Assembly: GCF_052425735.1 (NCBI RefSeq)
Contig: NC_135760.1
Span: 9,300,001 to 9,364,000, forward strand
Length of the DNA stretch: 64,000 nucleotides
Direction: 5' to 3'
Origin: Oculina patagonica
Taxonomy: Eukaryota
Positions 59,601-64,000 of the stretch are shown in pieces; positions within the stretch are counted from its first letter, which is position 1; each line of letters begins with the position of its first letter. Below the pieces are notes generated by a model. That model saw only the letters and a program-made list of their open reading frames with translations, did no database searches and was not told the DNA's origin. Both the position numbers and the translations under genes were made by a program.

Positions 59601-62600
59601 CCCCCACCCCCTTCTGGAAATTCCAAAAAAGCTTCAAACATTTTTTGCCTTTGAGAACTTTCCCACCCCAAGGAATTTTCAATTCTTTCTGTGGGCGCAA
59701 GTATGGACATTTCCTGGAACCACACATTTAAGCCCAGCATTTATTGAAGCCCAGTATTTTACAGTATACCTCTTGAATCTCTAGGTGGACTTCTCCTGTA
59801 GTCCTTTCTCCTGTATCTTTCAGGTGATTTCCTCTCACTGGAACCTCCTCTGTCACGTGATCTGCTCCTGCGCCGCCTCCTATCAGGTGACTTACTTTGT
59901 CTGTCTTGTGAATCTTTCCGTTTAGGAGAAGGACTATCCCTCTCCGTGGACCTACTGTCTTTAGGCTTTCCCTCAGAAGGGCTCCCCTCTTTATCTTTTT
60001 TCTCTGGCGAGCGAGTGCCACGCCTAACTGGTGAGCGTTCTAACCGACTACCCCTTCTCTCGCTAGGGCTTTTCCTGCGTGGTGGACTCTGTTCTCTTTC
60101 TTTCCTTTGACTACCAGCTTTATCCTTTTCCTAAAAGAAGACAGTTGCAACCTTCAGAAAAAATAGTTAGTGTTTTTGTCTCTGAATAAAACAATTATTA
60201 ATGTACATGTACATGTTATTCGTTTTTTGCTGTTTGAATTTCCAGACCTGTGAGGCTGGGGATCTTTCTAACAGTCAACTCCCTATTAACAGACACCTCT
60301 ATAAGACGGACACCTCTTAAAGACATACACCTGGTGTTGGTCCTGTCCCTGCCGTTTTTCAGTCATTTTACTGTAACTAAACTCCCTATCAGGCGGACAC
60401 CTCTCTAAAACAGACAGTTGGAGCCAGTGCCAACGGTGTCTGTTTTAGAGAGAGTTGAAAGTACAGACTGCTAAATTCCTATTTAAAGTCCCTGCTACAT
60501 GGCTACATGTAGCAAGATCCCAGAGGGGGGTACTCGGGCTTGTAAATGACGGGGATGATCGAATGGAGGAAAAACTCAGGACCCAAAAAAATCCCTGGAC
60601 CAAAAATAACCCCCCAAAAAATCCCTTGTCAAATTTCCCCTAAATTGCCAGAAGGGGCAATAACATAACACAAATAACGCTCGTTTTGTTTATTCATCAT
60701 ATCATAAAAACGCCAAGGCCGCGCCAAGGCACTTTAGTTCGTTTTTACAGTCGTTCCCGTAAAACCGTGAACACCAGAGAAAAGTTCTGGAATGTTTATT
60801 GTTTCGCGACCAATCAGATGCGAGATGAAACCGCAAAAGATAACCGCCAAACCCCAGCATGGATTAGTCACGACTTGACACGAAACAACAAGCTGGCTTT
60901 TTCTTTCAGGACAAATCTTCAATTTTACCGTTTTTCAAATACTGAAATTGTTCTTTTTCTATTTAAGCTTATGTATCAGCAAATAATAGATATGAACGAT
61001 ATATTTAATACGGAAAAACGATTCATCGAGCAGACAGGATCAGACACAGCTGGACAGCACGTCTGAGAGCAAAAAAATGATCCAATCACAAGCGATGCTG
61101 ACCGTTGTTTGTTTCTCGTGCAGTTCAAAAGGTCATGCTAGTGGGCTGTGATTGGTGGTTTTCGATCCGTAATTTTTTGTAGCTGAGAAACCCGCACCCG
61201 TCAAATGAGGCAAACTTGTATCGTTGTAAATTTTGACAATTTACACTCGCTTTTTGGTCTATTCGGTAGTTTGGTTTTTGAGCCGACAGAATCAAGTAAC
61301 TGGTGTTGGTTTATAGTAAAAAAAATAGCAATTTTTCACAGAGAACCATGAGGATGAATGAATGAGGATGTTTATGCAAACAGCAAAGAGTACTTCACGG
61401 GCGATTCGCGTCAACCCAAACTGGAACATTGTTCAGTTGTGAAGACACGGTGACTCTTTGCTTAGACAGCAGCTCACTGAAATAAAAAAAAAGAATAAAA
61501 TTTTCGATATTTCCAAAGGGTATAAACGCTGCGAACCGAGAAAATTAGCTCGTGGAATTTGAGAATCGCTGTGCAGCACCAAATTTTTATAGGCTAACGG
61601 TTTGCGTGACATCTTGAGCCGGAGAATTCTCATAATATGCCAGGTGTTATGTCTCGTTTTTCGGAACCGAAGTACATGTAAGGCGATGTAAAGCTTTTTT
61701 TTTTTACAAAGCTAAAACCCAGAAATACTTACCCGTATAATTCACAATACTGTAGACACCGAAATAAAAATTGAGAGGAGAGTACAATTTTTCTGCTCTC
61801 AGACGTCCTGTCTACCTGTGTCTGATCCTGTCTGCTCGATTCAACATCGCTTTTCCGAAAAATATCGTTCATATCTATTCTTTGCTCATACATAAGCTTA
61901 AATAGAAAAAGAACAATTTCAGTATTTGAAAAACGGTAAAATTGAAGGTTTGTCCTGGAAGAAAAAGCCAGATTGTTGTTCCGTGTCAAGTCGTGACTAA
62001 TCCATGCTGCGGTTTGGCGGTTATCTTTTGCGGTTTCACCTCGCATCTGATTGGTCGCGAAACAATAAACATTCCAGAAATTTTCTCTGGTGTTCACGGT
62101 TTTACGGGAACGACTGTAATACCCAAAAAATCACAATGGATGAGATGTACGGAAATAAAATGATGGTGCAGCTCAAGAAAAACTAAGACTCACTCATAAT
62201 AATATTGTTGATAAAGCAGGGTGCAAAGAAATTGAATTTGCAAGCTGTAGTCACGATTTACTAGCCCCAAAAATCCCTGTCATGATTACCAGTAATTTCC
62301 CTAAAAAAAATTTCCAAAAAACTTTCACTAGTCTGTCAGGCAAGTAAAAGGATAAAATCCACTAGCCCGATTGCAAAATCCATTAGCCCCAAGCTCCCAA
62401 GGGGGGTACACGAAGCATACATGACGGGGGGTCCGACGGAGCTAAAAAAATACCCCAAAAAATACACAAGCCTGAAATTTCAGGGTGTTCATTAGGCATC
62501 GGAGATCAGAGAATTCTCCTTCTACAACATAGAATTCTCCGACTAAATTTCAAAGGCCTGTACCTTTTATTATATTAAGATGCGGAACCTTTAAAAATCA

Positions 62601-63080
62601 TTTTCCGGTTACTTTACACTATTCTCCTGCTATTACAATTTTTAATGAAAAATCTGAATTTTAGATCCAAATAAATACCTGGCATCAGTTTGAATGAATA
62701 TTTTTCTGATCCTCTGATCGCAACAAAAACCCGGAATGAAAAGTTCGCTTAGAGATAAGACCCAAAAGAAATACATGCATTTTTTTAAGACCTAAAAAAA
62801 ACGTGACAGATCCCTTGACCCAAAACAATACCGAGCATGTAAATGATCAACCGAAACAAATACATCAGACCCCCCCCCCCCATCATGTACATGTATACTT
62901 CGAGTCCCCCCTCCCCTGGGCCTGAGCTATCGGCATGCACTTCTTTGCACGCAGTAAAGTCAGTAAGCAACTCTAACAACACTTTACAATACTCACCTCA
63001 GAAGAATCTCTCTGCAGCTCTGGACGCAAATCACGACCAAACTCATCAAAACGTTGTCCACTGTCTCGTTGATTTGTTGA
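56699..63080 (-). CDS. RSRC2: Arginine/serine-rich coiled-coil protein 2-like (RSRC2), 5' end outside window
   Basis: Minus-strand exons 63080-62997, 60130-59770, 59176-58955, 57846-57617, 56977-56699 join in frame. RS/RD-rich N-terminal part, then [23 protein letters not shown] and a SMAP-like C-terminus ([22 protein letters not shown]). The 62997-63080 exon is less certain. Confidence 0.88.
60748..62116. mobile_element. Tc1/mariner(pogo)-like foldback element in an RSRC2 intron
   Basis: ~330-bp TIRs starting CAGTCGTTCCCGTAAAACC; TA TSD. Explains the mirrored ORFs 60686-61066(+) and 61729-62097(-). Confidence 0.88.
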
Positions 63081-64000
63081 CTAAGGCAATGTGAGTTATC
63101 AAAGCGTGTTAAACTCAATCAATCTAGTGTATTGTACATTGACTATGTGACATGGCACACAGGTTAGCCTTAAAAATGCATAATAATTATGTTCACTAAT
63201 AAACATCATTTTTTGTTGTTGATAGAGAAAGATTCATATGAATTCATATTACATCTGCCCTCTGTTCAAATATCCCACTTGTGAGAACGATCACTTACAG
63301 AAAACTAGGATGCATTCAAATTACTGCAATCAATCGGGGCTTCAAATCCTTGATAAATTTCCAAGACAAGTAACACAACCTCCAAACAAACCAGCACTGC
63401 CCAAATTATGAAAACAGCAAGACTTTATGTGATTAAATGTTATTTGCTAGGCACAGTTTACAGTATATGTCAAGAGTGGCCAACAGTTCCCTGCAGTTGA
63501 AACACGCACTGCAATTTTATTCATACATATTGGTTTTAACTTGCATGTACTGCATACAATGCAAAAGACCAGTCAATAATGAATGTCTTGCAAGTTACCA
63601 TCCAATATCATTCAGAAAGCAAGATTAAAATTCCATCTTGCAAAAACAATTTTCAATTTGGGCTGTACTGTGTTCTTATCTCACTCAATGACTATTTAAA
63701 TTTTATAGTTTGAATTCATACTGTAATGAAGTTCATTCTGTGAAAATGGAGGCAACTAAAGATTATTGCCTGCAGTTCTCAATTTAGCCTCTTTGAAGGT
63801 TGAGAGTGATGTTGGTATATTTTTGCTGTTGCTGCAAGTTTTTTCTTGCATGCCAGTTTATAATCCAGTGCAGTCCCAAAAAGTGGAAAAAATATCAGCT
63901 ACAAATAAGAATTTTATTTTATACTTGTATAATGTGGGTATCAAGAAACTCAAACACAAATATTTCTATGAAATACTGTTCTACCTTTCCTAGGCAGCAA

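Noticed and set aside
60686-62186. Similar ORFs on opposite strands
   Set aside because: They are mirror translations of the long TIRs.
63985-64000. Possible further RSRC2 exon end (minus-strand AAG|GTAG)
   Set aside because: Only 16 nt are visible, so it cannot be supported.

Overview
AT-rich, intron-rich animal genomic DNA. The repeat repertoire suggests a cnidarian, probably a stony coral (inference). Main content: (1) two tandem, head-to-tail 17-exon copies of an NCLX/SLC8B1-type Na+(Li+)/Ca2+ exchanger gene (+; 7652-32560 and 35042-49569). Both have intact spliced ORFs and two minor-spliceosome (U12-type) introns. (2) A 5-exon CXorf65/C22orf15-family gene (+; 52488-55819). (3) The 3' part of a convergent RSRC2-like gene (-; 56699 to >63080). 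Comparing the two NCLX copies gives exact empty and filled sites for about a dozen transposon insertions. These include a 3.8-kb TIR element with an 8-bp TSD that carries a Ulp1 protease-PHD reading frame, CCGTGACGG arrays and a stack of tRNA-like heads, and a 5'-truncated L1/Tx1 LINE. Just upstream of copy 1 is a Penelope/retrozyme-like cluster with several minimal hammerhead ribozymes. Downstream of copy 2 is a ~142-bp tandem array in which each unit carries a 26-nt antisense copy of the gene's own exon16/intron16 junction. All calls come from manual reading; no database searches were run.
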